NCBI GenBank assembly: GCA_051748045.1
Contig: JBNJGY010000026.1
Location: 1-26,635, forward strand
Length of the DNA: 26,635 nt
Source: Thermotogota bacterium
GTDB lineage: Bacteria; Thermotogota; Thermotogae; Petrotogales; Petrotogaceae
Direction of reading: 5' to 3'
The notes beneath the pieces were generated by a model. That model had not been told where the DNA came from. It saw only the letters and a program-made list of their open reading frames with translations, and did no database searches. Below are positions 1-7,873 of the stretch, one piece after another. A program made the position numbers and the translations under genes. Numbering within the stretch: position 1 is the stretch's first letter; each line of letters opens with the position of its first letter.

Positions 1-51
1 TATATTATTAATCAAATATATTTTAACACAAAAAGTCTTATATATAATAAT

Positions 52-73
52 AAAAAGGGAGCCATTGGCTCCC
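52..73 (-). terminator. Rho-independent terminator after S1-domain gene
   Basis: Minus strand GGGAGCC-aat-GGCTCCC hairpin (73-57) followed by T5, just after the stop codon at 81. Confidence 0.8.
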
Positions 74-80
74 CATAATT

Positions 81-446
81 TTATCTTCTTTTATTTCCTC
101 TTTTTTTATCCATATGTTTTCTAAATTCTGATATTTTTCTATCACTGTCTTTTAAAAATCGACTCAATTTCTTTTCAAAATTCTCTGAATTTTCTTTACC
201 AGTATCTTCATCTGTATCTTTTAAAGATATTTCGTATTTTCCATCTTTTGTTTTACCTATGACTTTACCTTTTACTTCTTGTCCAACTTCTAAAAAATCA
301 GAAACATTTTTTACATACTTTTTTGATAATTTTGAAATATGGACAAAACCTTCTTGACCATTTTCAACTTCCAAAAACGCACCAAATTTTTTGATGTCCT
401 TAACTTTGGCATTAATAATTGTACCTTGGGCAATACTTTCGCTCAC
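81..446 (-). CDS. S1 RNA-binding domain protein (YabR/YugI-like)
   Basis: S1 signature (V.DIKKFGAFLE...EGFVHISKLS.KYV.NV.DFLEVGQEV...ISLK) plus YabR-like basic tail FEKKLSRFLKDS...KKRG; GTG start with GGGGT SD. Confidence 0.88.
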   Translation of the reverse strand: MSESIAQGTIINAKVKDIKKFGAFLEVENGQEGFVHISKLSKKYVKNVSDFLEVGQEVKGKVIGKTKDGKYEISLKDTDEDTGKENSENFEKKLSRFLKDSDRKISEFRKHMDKKRGNKRR

Positions 447-451
447 AATAA

Positions 452-614
452 TACCCCGCCCTTCTTAAATAACTTAGATTTTTCACGATAACCTTGCCAA
501 GTCGTGATATCGTCTTTCGACGGCCCGGGTCCAGGCTATGGACTTCACCTCCGAAAATTTCTTTTAATTTGACAGATGGATTCCAATTGGAAGCAAGGCC
601 CACCCGCCTACCTC
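452..614 (-). ncRNA. Candidate structured RNA (cis-regulatory leader of the S1 gene, or 6S-like RNA); family not recognised
   Basis: ~48% GC over 481-610 in otherwise very AT-rich intergenic DNA; several stems, some with G-U pairs that work only on the minus strand; CGUC-GAAA-GACG GNRA hairpin. Confidence 0.6.
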
Positions 615-626
615 TTTTATATTTTC

Positions 627-651
627 AAAAGGGAGCTAAGCTCCCTTTTTT
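627..651 (-). terminator. Terminator hairpin after rpmE (symmetric, possibly bidirectional)
   Basis: AAAA-GGGAGC-taa-GCTCCC-TTTTTT immediately after the rpmE stop; T4 on the minus strand. Confidence 0.75.
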
Positions 652-652
652 C

Positions 653-865
653 TTATTTTTTAAGATAATCTTTATATTTGTTCTTAAATTTCTGAATTCT
701 ACCTTCTGTATCTAAGAATCCTGAACCTTCTCCTTTGTAGAAAGGATGACACTCAGAACAAACATCTAATCTAAAATTGTCTGCTGTTGAATAAATCTTG
801 TGTTCAGCTCCACATGCACATTTAACTGTTATTAAGTTCATTTCAGGATGAATTCCATTTTTCAT
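653..865 (-). CDS. rpmE: 50S ribosomal protein L31, Zn-binding type
   Basis: MKNGIHP...CACG...[11 protein letters not shown]...DTEGRIQKF; CxC + CxxC retained; GAGGTG SD. Confidence 0.97.
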   Translation of the reverse strand: MKNGIHPEMNLITVKCACGAEHKIYSTADNFRLDVCSECHPFYKGEGSGFLDTEGRIQKFKNKYKDYLKK

Positions 866-904
866 CTTTTATTCCACCTCTTATATCTATTTTATTTCTG
901 ACTT

Positions 905-934
905 ATTATAGCATATCACAAAAACAACTGTCAA
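905..934 (-). promoter_or_regulatory. sigma70/sigmaA promoter of rpmE
   Basis: TTGACA (934-929), 18-nt spacer, TATAAT (910-905) with extended -10 TG. Confidence 0.85.
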
Positions 935-1059
935 GGCAAAAAATTAAGTTAATAATTATTTTACCTGTAATTAAGTAGCGTATAAAAAGATCATATTATT
1001 TTATAAAATCAACAAAAACTATTATATCATAAAATAGGCTACTAAATATATATATTATA

Positions 1060-2298
1060 TTAAATTTTATATATTTCTTTCAGTAATTTTATTATGTATT
1101 CAGCTGTTTGAATAATTTCATCTTTATTGACATACTCATTTGCAGAATGTATGTTTCCGCCACCTGGCCCAAATACTAATGTAGGAACTTTGGTTCTAAC
1201 ACCAAAAAGGTTAAAATCTCCAACACTACTTGATATAAACTGACAATTTTTATTCTTCTTTTTATCGTTATTAATTATATTTGTTAATTTATTAATATAT
1301 TTGTTATTTCTAAAAATATATGGTCTATATTCTACTTCTTCATCAGGAGAATATCTTCTTTCAATTCTAACTTTAGACTTTAACCTTAAAGATTTAATTA
1401 TCTGTTTTATTTCTTTTTCGACCATCAAAGGTTTTTCTCCAATACCTAATTGCCTGTTTATAGAAATTTTACAATATCCTGGAACAGTGAAAGATTCATC
1501 TCCTCCTTCCATATTTAAAACTACATAATCACCTCTTCCAGTTTTTATGTCTGAGAATTTATTGAAATTTATTAATTCTGTTATTACCTTTGCAGCGTCT
1601 TGAATCGCATTAGTACCTCTCTTCGGATGTGAGGCATGAGAATTCTCTCCAAAAAATTCCAGTTCAAACAACTCTCTGCCTTCAGCTCCAGAAACTATAA
1701 CTGGGAATTTTGGATTTTTAACTATTCTTTCATGTACAAAACAATAATTATCAATAGTTAGAACAGGAGAAGGCTCTGTTACAATAATCAAATCATAATC
1801 TGAAAAATCATATTCTCTTAACAACTCATCACTACCAATAGAAAAAGGCGATTCTTCTCCATACACCAAAGATAAAAACAACTCACCGTTTAAATCATCA
1901 ACCATAGTCTTTATCTTTTCAAAAACTGAAATACCAATTGCACAGCCTGCTTTCATGTCTGCTGCACCTAAACCATATATTCTACCTTCTACTTCTTTTG
2001 CTGAATACTTTGGATAAAACCATTCACTTTTTGCAGTTACAGTGTCTAAATGTCCATTAATTAGAATTTTTGGGCCTTTACCATTTCCAAATTTACTAAT
2101 AACATTGAAAAATGGATGATTTTTATCTAATGAAAAATTTTCTTTATCCCCTTTAATAGGGGTTAATTTTTTATTTTCTAAGTATTCATATACAAAGGAA
2201 TAAATACTCTCGTCATCCCAAGCAGAACTAGGGATTTTTATGAGATCTTTAGTCATTTCTATCAAATTTTTTTTATCATTTTCAGATAACAAATTCAT
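1060..2298 (-). CDS. M20 family metallopeptidase (ArgE/DapE-like)
   Basis: Metal motifs GHLDTV, GAADMK, GEE, TEP, and GPG...IHSANE; ATG at 2298 has a GGAGAGG SD (ORF track starts at TTG 2301). Confidence 0.88.
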   Translation of the reverse strand: MNLLSENDKKNLIEMTKDLIKIPSSAWDDESIYSFVYEYLENKKLTPIKGDKENFSLDKNHPFFNVISKFGNGKGPKILINGHLDTVTAKSEWFYPKYSAKEVEGRIYGLGAADMKAGCAIGISVFEKIKTMVDDLNGELFLSLVYGEESPFSIGSDELLREYDFSDYDLIIVTEPSPVLTIDNYCFVHERIVKNPKFPVIVSGAEGRELFELEFFGENSHASHPKRGTNAIQDAAKVITELINFNKFSDIKTGRGDYVVLNMEGGDESFTVPGYCKISINRQLGIGEKPLMVEKEIKQIIKSLRLKSKVRIERRYSPDEEVEYRPYIFRNNKYINKLTNIINNDKKKNKNCQFISSSVGDFNLFGVRTKVPTLVFGPGGGNIHSANEYVNKDEIIQTAEYIIKLLKEIYKI

Positions 2299-2342
2299 CA
2301 AAAACCTCTCCTTTTTAATAAAAACATTTCATTTTCATTAAT

Positions 2343-2371
2343 TTTGCATTTCATGTAATTAGTGTTATAAT
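2343..2371 (+). promoter_or_regulatory. Putative sigmaA promoter of ABC operon
   Basis: TTTGCA/TTGCAT, 16-17-nt spacer, TG-t-TATAAT (2366-2371). Confidence 0.55.
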
Positions 2372-2503
2372 TGATTTAGTAACTTTTTATTCATATAAAT
2401 TGAATTTTATTTAACTATATACATAGTAATATTAACATATATAAAAATATTTTTAAAGTTTTTGTTTTTCTAATATATTGAGTTAACGTTCAAGGGGGAG
2501 TAT

Positions 2504-3433
2504 ATGATGAAAAAAAACTATTGGGTAATGAGAATTTTAAGGACAGTTATAACTGCCTTTGGGGTTACTTTAATAGCTTTTCTTATTTTGCATTTAACAC
2601 CTGGTGATCCAGCAAGGATTATGTTGGGACCTTATGCGTCAGAAGAAAATTTAGCTGCTGTAAGAGCCAAATATAATTTAGATAAGCCATTACACACTCA
2701 ATATTTAAGCTGGATGGGAAATGTTTTAAAAGGTGATTTCGGAACTTCGATTAGATACAACAGAGATATTGGAAAGCTTATCTCCGAAAGGGCAGGGCCT
2801 ACCCTTGCACTTACTGGAAGTGGTTTGTTTATAGCTCTAGTTTTCGGGGTTTTATTAGGTATTTTAGCAGCTTTGAAAAGAAATTCTTTCCTGGATTATT
2901 TTACAACATTCCAAGCAATGTTTTGGATATCAATTCCTTCTTTTTGGCTGGGGATTTTACTCTTGTATATCTTCGGGCTGCAATTAAGATGGGTTCCTAT
3001 TGCTGGTTTAATGGGTTTTTCTTCGTTAATACTTCCTGCATTATCAATAGGGTTAAGAGAAGAAGCTTGGTTCGCTAGACCTATGAGAGCAGAGATGTTA
3101 GAAGTATTAAACCAAGATTATATAAAAGCTGCAAAAGCCAAAGGACTAAAATATCCAGTTGTTGTAATGAAACACGCTTTAAGAAATGCCCTTATACCAA
3201 TTATTACAATGTTAGCCTTAAGATTACCTTGGGTAATAGGTGGAGCTGTAGTAATTGAAGTAGTTTTTTCATGGGGGGGTTTAGGCAGCCTTTTGGTAAA
3301 TAGCGTTTTAGCTAGAGATTATCCGGTAGTTCAATCAATTTTACTAATTATAGCTATAACGGTTGTAGTAGCTAATTTACTAGCTGATTTAGTATACGCA
3401 GTTGTTGACCCAAGAATAAAACAGGAGGGATAG
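2504..3433 (+). CDS. Dpp/Opp-family ABC transporter permease (DppB/OppB-like)
   Basis: PGDPA N-terminal motif, GDFGTS, EAA-like DYIKAAKAKGL, KHALRNALIP, DPRI end. Confidence 0.93.
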   Translation: MMKKNYWVMRILRTVITAFGVTLIAFLILHLTPGDPARIMLGPYASEENLAAVRAKYNLDKPLHTQYLSWMGNVLKGDFGTSIRYNRDIGKLISERAGPTLALTGSGLFIALVFGVLLGILAALKRNSFLDYFTTFQAMFWISIPSFWLGILLLYIFGLQLRWVPIAGLMGFSSLILPALSIGLREEAWFARPMRAEMLEVLNQDYIKAAKAKGLKYPVVVMKHALRNALIPIITMLALRLPWVIGGAVVIEVVFSWGGLGSLLVNSVLARDYPVVQSILLIIAITVVVANLLADLVYAVVDPRIKQEG

Positions 3434-3435
3434 AA

Positions 3436-4344
3436 ATGGCTGATAAAGAAGCTTCTTATGATGAAATAGTTAATGATATAAAAAATTTAAAAAAACAAAA
3501 AAGTTCTCAGTTATCTTTAGTATGGTCTAGATTCAAAAGCAACAAATTAGCGTTAATAGGTTTTGTAATAATCTCAATAATTATTTTTATAGCCATTTTC
3601 GCCCCACTAATCAGTCCACATGATCCTTTAGCTACAGACCCAATAAACAGATTACAAGCGCCTTCCAAAGATCATTGGCTAGGAACAGATGAGCTAGGGA
3701 GAGATGTTCTTTCCAGAGCTTTTTACGGTTCTAGAATAGCTCTTCAAATAGGTGTTTTAATTGTTTTATTTGAAGGTGCTATAGGTATTTTCTTAGGAGT
3801 AATAGCTGGTTTTTTTGGTGGTATTTCTGATTGGATTATAATGAGAATTGTAGATATGTTAAGGTCTTTCCCTGTAATAATTCTTGCAATGGCCATTGCA
3901 GGAATTATGGGACAAGGTGTATTCAATGTAATAATAGCTTTAGGTATAGTTGGATGGACAACTTATGCAAGGATGATCAGAAGTAAAATTTTAACTATTA
4001 AAAACACTGATTATATTGAAGCTGCTTATTCAATAGGTGAATCAACACCTTCAATTATTTGGAGATATGTTTTACCAAATGCTATACCAACAGCAATTAT
4101 CATGATGGCGATAATGATGCCAACAGCTTTAATAGCATCTGCAACACTTAGCTTTTTGGGAGTAGGTGTACAACCGCCAACACCTGCTTGGGGTTCTATG
4201 ATATCAGCGGGAAGAGATTATCTTTTAAGAGCCCCTTGGATTTCAACTACTGCTGGTTTATTTATTATGATTACAGTTTTAGGTTTTAATTTTATTGGTG
4301 ATGGTTTGAGAGATGCTTTAGATCCTACAACAAAACGTAATTAA
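3436..4344 (+). CDS. Dpp/Opp-family ABC transporter permease (DppC/OppC-like)
   Basis: HWLGTDELGRD, DYIEAA, LSFLGVG...WG.MI, GDGLRDALDP. Confidence 0.93.
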   Translation: MADKEASYDEIVNDIKNLKKQKSSQLSLVWSRFKSNKLALIGFVIISIIIFIAIFAPLISPHDPLATDPINRLQAPSKDHWLGTDELGRDVLSRAFYGSRIALQIGVLIVLFEGAIGIFLGVIAGFFGGISDWIIMRIVDMLRSFPVIILAMAIAGIMGQGVFNVIIALGIVGWTTYARMIRSKILTIKNTDYIEAAYSIGESTPSIIWRYVLPNAIPTAIIMMAIMMPTALIASATLSFLGVGVQPPTPAWGSMISAGRDYLLRAPWISTTAGLFIMITVLGFNFIGDGLRDALDPTTKRN

Positions 4345-4357
4345 AGGGGCTGTTTAA

Positions 4358-5320
4358 ATGAATGATATATTAAAAATAGATGATCTTAAATTATCTTTCG
4401 AAACTGAAGAGGGCAAAGTAGAAGCTTTAGATGGTGTCAATTTAACTATAAAAGAAGGAGAATTCCATGGCCTAATAGGCGAAACAGGTTGTGGAAAAAG
4501 CGTAACTGGTCAAACCATTATTGGCCTTTTGGACAACAATGCAAAAATTGAAAGAGGAGCTATATATTATAAAGGAAAAGATATACTTCACTTAAAAGAA
4601 AAACAATTTCAAAAAGAAATAAGAGGTAATGAGATAGCTATGATTTTCCAAGATCCTTCATCTTCATTAAACCCTGTATTCACAATACAAAATCAAATTG
4701 AAGAAGTATTAAAAATGTATAGGAAAGCTTCAAAAAAAGAATTTAGAGATATTGTTATAGAAGAACTAAAAAAAGTTAAATTACCTGACGCTGAAAATCT
4801 ATTAACTAAATATCCACATCAATTATCAGGAGGAATGAAGCAAAGGGTTATGATTTCTATGATGTTAGCTTGTAATCCATCTCTTTTGATAGCAGATGAG
4901 CCTACAACAGCTTTAGATGTTTCTATACAATCTCAATTTTTGAAAGTTATAAAAGAATTAAAAGAAAGATTTAAAATGACTATTTTATATATAACACATA
5001 ATTTAGCAGTAGTAAGTGAAATATGTGACACTGTATCAGTCATGTATGCTGGGAGAATTGTCGAAACTGCTTCGGTAAGAGATGTTTTTAAAAACCCTCA
5101 ACATCCTTATACAAAAAAATTAATACACAGCGTCTTAGGCGTTGAAAATTCTCTAGAAGATTTAGAAGAAATTCCAGGTTCAGTTCCGCGGCTTATTAAC
5201 CCACCTAAGGGCTGTAGATTTCATCCTAGATGTGAAGAAGAAATAGAAGTCTGTCATAAAGATAGACCATTCTTGAAAGAAGTTTCAAAAAATCATTTTG
5301 TAGCTTGTCATAGAAGGTGA
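4358..5320 (+). CDS. Dpp/Opp ABC transporter ATP-binding protein (DppD/OppD-like)
   Basis: Walker A GETGCGKS, LSGGMKQ, DEPTTALD, HPYT, C-terminal GCRFHPRC...C...ACH. Confidence 0.94.
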   Translation: MNDILKIDDLKLSFETEEGKVEALDGVNLTIKEGEFHGLIGETGCGKSVTGQTIIGLLDNNAKIERGAIYYKGKDILHLKEKQFQKEIRGNEIAMIFQDPSSSLNPVFTIQNQIEEVLKMYRKASKKEFRDIVIEELKKVKLPDAENLLTKYPHQLSGGMKQRVMISMMLACNPSLLIADEPTTALDVSIQSQFLKVIKELKERFKMTILYITHNLAVVSEICDTVSVMYAGRIVETASVRDVFKNPQHPYTKKLIHSVLGVENSLEDLEEIPGSVPRLINPPKGCRFHPRCEEEIEVCHKDRPFLKEVSKNHFVACHRR

Positions 5321-5326
5321 TTATAA

Positions 5327-6277
5327 ATGAATGATAAACCATTACTAAAAATAGAAAATTTAAAAAAATATTTTGGTAGCTCAAGAGGTACTGTAAAAGC
5401 TGTTGACAATATTTCATTACAAATTGAAAAAGGAGACACATTTGGTTTAGTTGGAGAGTCTGGATGTGGAAAATCAACTTTTGTCAGAACTATTTTAAAA
5501 TTAATTACACATACTTCAGGAAAAATCTATTTTAAAGGTGAAGATATATCTGATTTCGATAAAAATACCGCTAGAAAATTAAGAAAAATAATGGGAATGG
5601 TTTTTCAAAATCCACACTCATCTATCAATCCTAGAATGACTGTTTACGATACTATTTCAAGGCCTCTTTTAATCCATAAAATAACTAAAGGAAAAAAAGA
5701 CACGACAATAAGAATTGTTCAATTACTTAAATCAATGGGGTTGCAAGCTGAACATATGATAAGGTTTCCTCATGAATTAAGTGGAGGTCAAAAACAAAGA
5801 ATAGCAATAGCTCGAGCATTAGCTGTAGAACCTGAAATAGTCTTTCTAGACGAACCAACATCTGCATTGGATGTATCAGTTCAAACAAAAATACTTAAAT
5901 TACTTGAAAAAGCAAAAAAAGAAAGAGATCTAACTTATTTTTACATATCTCACGATATAAATTTAATAAGAGTTGTCTCAAATAAAATTGGAGTAATGTA
6001 TTTAGGTAAAATGGTTGAAACAGGAGAAACTAAATTAATATTTAAGAAACCTTTACACCCATATACTCAAGGCTTATTCAAATCTGTACCAATACCAGAT
6101 CCAGATCAAAAATTACCTGAAGATATGCTCACTGGGGAGGTTCCTTCTCCTATAAATCCTCCAAAAGGGTGTAATTTTAATCCAAGATGTCCTTTTGTAA
6201 AAGAAATATGTAAAAAGAAAGAACCAGAACTTAAACAATTAGATGATGGTCGACTCATAGCCTGTCATCTTTACTAA
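5327..6277 (+). CDS. Dpp/Opp ABC transporter ATP-binding protein (DppF/OppF-like)
   Basis: GESGCGKS, LSGGQKQR, DEPTSALD, HPYT, GCNFNPRC...C...ACH. Confidence 0.94.
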   Translation: MNDKPLLKIENLKKYFGSSRGTVKAVDNISLQIEKGDTFGLVGESGCGKSTFVRTILKLITHTSGKIYFKGEDISDFDKNTARKLRKIMGMVFQNPHSSINPRMTVYDTISRPLLIHKITKGKKDTTIRIVQLLKSMGLQAEHMIRFPHELSGGQKQRIAIARALAVEPEIVFLDEPTSALDVSVQTKILKLLEKAKKERDLTYFYISHDINLIRVVSNKIGVMYLGKMVETGETKLIFKKPLHPYTQGLFKSVPIPDPDQKLPEDMLTGEVPSPINPPKGCNFNPRCPFVKEICKKKEPELKQLDDGRLIACHLY

Positions 6278-6295
6278 AAAACAAGGGGGTAGATT

Positions 6296-7822
6296 ATGAG
6301 AAAATTATTTTTTGTGTTTTTACTATCTATTTTGTTACTTTCAACTTTAGGTTTCGCTAGAGATACAGTTCTAATTTCAATCTCTGCAGAACCTTCAAGG
6401 CTGAATCCTGTTACCTATCAAGATACTGAAGCAGATTTTGTTTTAAGCCAAATTCATGATCCTTTAGTTGAACTAACAGAGAGTGGAGATTATACATCCG
6501 ATGGGGCTATTATAGAATCTTATAACCTTTCTGAAGATGGAAAAGTTTACACTTTCAAAATAAAAAAGGGTATAACTTTCCACAATGGTGAAGAACTAAA
6601 TGCTGAAGATGTGAAATTCAGTTATGATTCATTTTTAGACGAAACTTTAGGTTCTCCACACAGAGATTATTATTCAGACATTGATGAAGTAGTCATCATT
6701 GATGATTACACATTAGAAGTTAGATTAAAAAATAGAAATGTTACTTTTTTAACTTCTGCTAGATTGAGAAATAAAGTTCTTCCAAAAGATTATATAGAAG
6801 ATGTTGGATGGGAAGGCTATGAAAAACACCCAATTGGTTCAGGACCTTATGAATTTGTTAAACATGATCCTGGTCAAAGAATAGTCTTAAAAAGATATGA
6901 TGAATACTGGCAAGGAAAAGCAAATATTCCAAACTTAGAATTCAGATTTTTCCCAGAGATGACTTCAGCTATAATGGCTTTACAAGCTAAACAAATAGAT
7001 TTCATTGCTGAATTACCCGCTGAAGAATTTACTTCTCTAAAAAATAATCCAGTTTCAGGATTAGGTTTTGGCACCTATCAAAAATTTGAAGATCACAGAG
7101 TTGTTTTTAACAGAAGACCTGATTCTGTTTTCTCAGATGTTAGGGTTAGACAAGCTGTAAATTATGCTATAAACAGAGATGAAATAATTTCTTTAACAAT
7201 GGGAGAAATGGCGGTACCTGCAACAGGAAGAGTTCCTAATTTCCACGAAGCATATGCACCTGATGCGCCTGCTTATGAGTATAATCCTGAAAAGGCAAAA
7301 GAATTATTAGCAGAAGCAGGATATCCAGATGGTTTTTCAACACAAATCTATGCTCCTTCTAACTATAGAGAAAGAGTTTTAGAAGTACAACAAATACAAA
7401 GACAATTATCCCAAGTAGGCATTCAAGCTCAAGTAGTTGCTATTGAATGGGGTACTTATTTAGACGTAACTGCAGAAGGAGAAGCTCCAATGTTTAGGGA
7501 AAGATGGGCTGCAACTTCACCATCACCTTTCAGTTTTGTTGAAAGTTGGCATAGTGAATCATCATGGAATTCTATTTTTGGAACATACGAAAATCCCGAA
7601 GTAGATAAACTAGTGGATAAGATAAAAGTAACTGTAAACCCACAAGAAAGATGGGAATTATATAGAGAAGTTCAAAGAATAGCTATGGAAGATGCAGTAT
7701 GTGTACCTTTATATTGGCCGATAGCAGGAGAAGCTTACAATAACGAAGTAAATATACCTGAATATTTATGGAATGTATTCAAAAGACCAATATATTATGT
7801 AAACGAATGGTCATTTAACTAA
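6296..7822 (+). CDS. Family-5 ABC solute-binding protein (DppA/OppA-like)
   Basis: Signal peptide without lipobox Cys; YTFKIKKGITFHNGEELNAEDVKFS signature; PIGSGPY; VRQAVNYAINR. Confidence 0.93.
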   Translation: MRKLFFVFLLSILLLSTLGFARDTVLISISAEPSRLNPVTYQDTEADFVLSQIHDPLVELTESGDYTSDGAIIESYNLSEDGKVYTFKIKKGITFHNGEELNAEDVKFSYDSFLDETLGSPHRDYYSDIDEVVIIDDYTLEVRLKNRNVTFLTSARLRNKVLPKDYIEDVGWEGYEKHPIGSGPYEFVKHDPGQRIVLKRYDEYWQGKANIPNLEFRFFPEMTSAIMALQAKQIDFIAELPAEEFTSLKNNPVSGLGFGTYQKFEDHRVVFNRRPDSVFSDVRVRQAVNYAINRDEIISLTMGEMAVPATGRVPNFHEAYAPDAPAYEYNPEKAKELLAEAGYPDGFSTQIYAPSNYRERVLEVQQIQRQLSQVGIQAQVVAIEWGTYLDVTAEGEAPMFRERWAATSPSPFSFVESWHSESSWNSIFGTYENPEVDKLVDKIKVTVNPQERWELYREVQRIAMEDAVCVPLYWPIAGEAYNNEVNIPEYLWNVFKRPIYYVNEWSFN

Positions 7823-7831
7823 TATATAATG

Positions 7832-7857
7832 AGGCAGCTTAATCGCTGCCTTTTTTT
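7832..7857 (+). terminator. Terminator-like hairpin between SBP and amidohydrolase
   Basis: AGGCAGC-ttaatc-GCTGCCT followed by a T run. Confidence 0.75.
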
Positions 7858-7873
7858 CTTAAGAGGTGAAATC

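Noticed and set aside
540-553. GGAGGTGAAGTCC resembling the RNase P GAGGAAAGTCC motif
   Set aside because: The available space is far too short and the 3' P4 partner motif is absent; the SRP CAGG...GCAG motif is also absent
491-608. HDV-like ribozyme interpretation of the structured RNA
   Set aside because: The nested P1-P2-P3 order is similar, but the P1.1 CC/GG pairing and the catalytic C-containing J4/2 are not evident
412-715. ORFs 412..603(-) and 494..715(+)
   Set aside because: They overlap the S1 gene or rpmE and its terminator and resemble no known protein; they are better explained as by-products of the GC-rich RNA element
2302-2503. CATTT-like repeats as an operator in the divergent M20/ABC promoter region
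   Set aside because: Low complexity and AT-rich; no convincing palindrome and no regulator gene nearby
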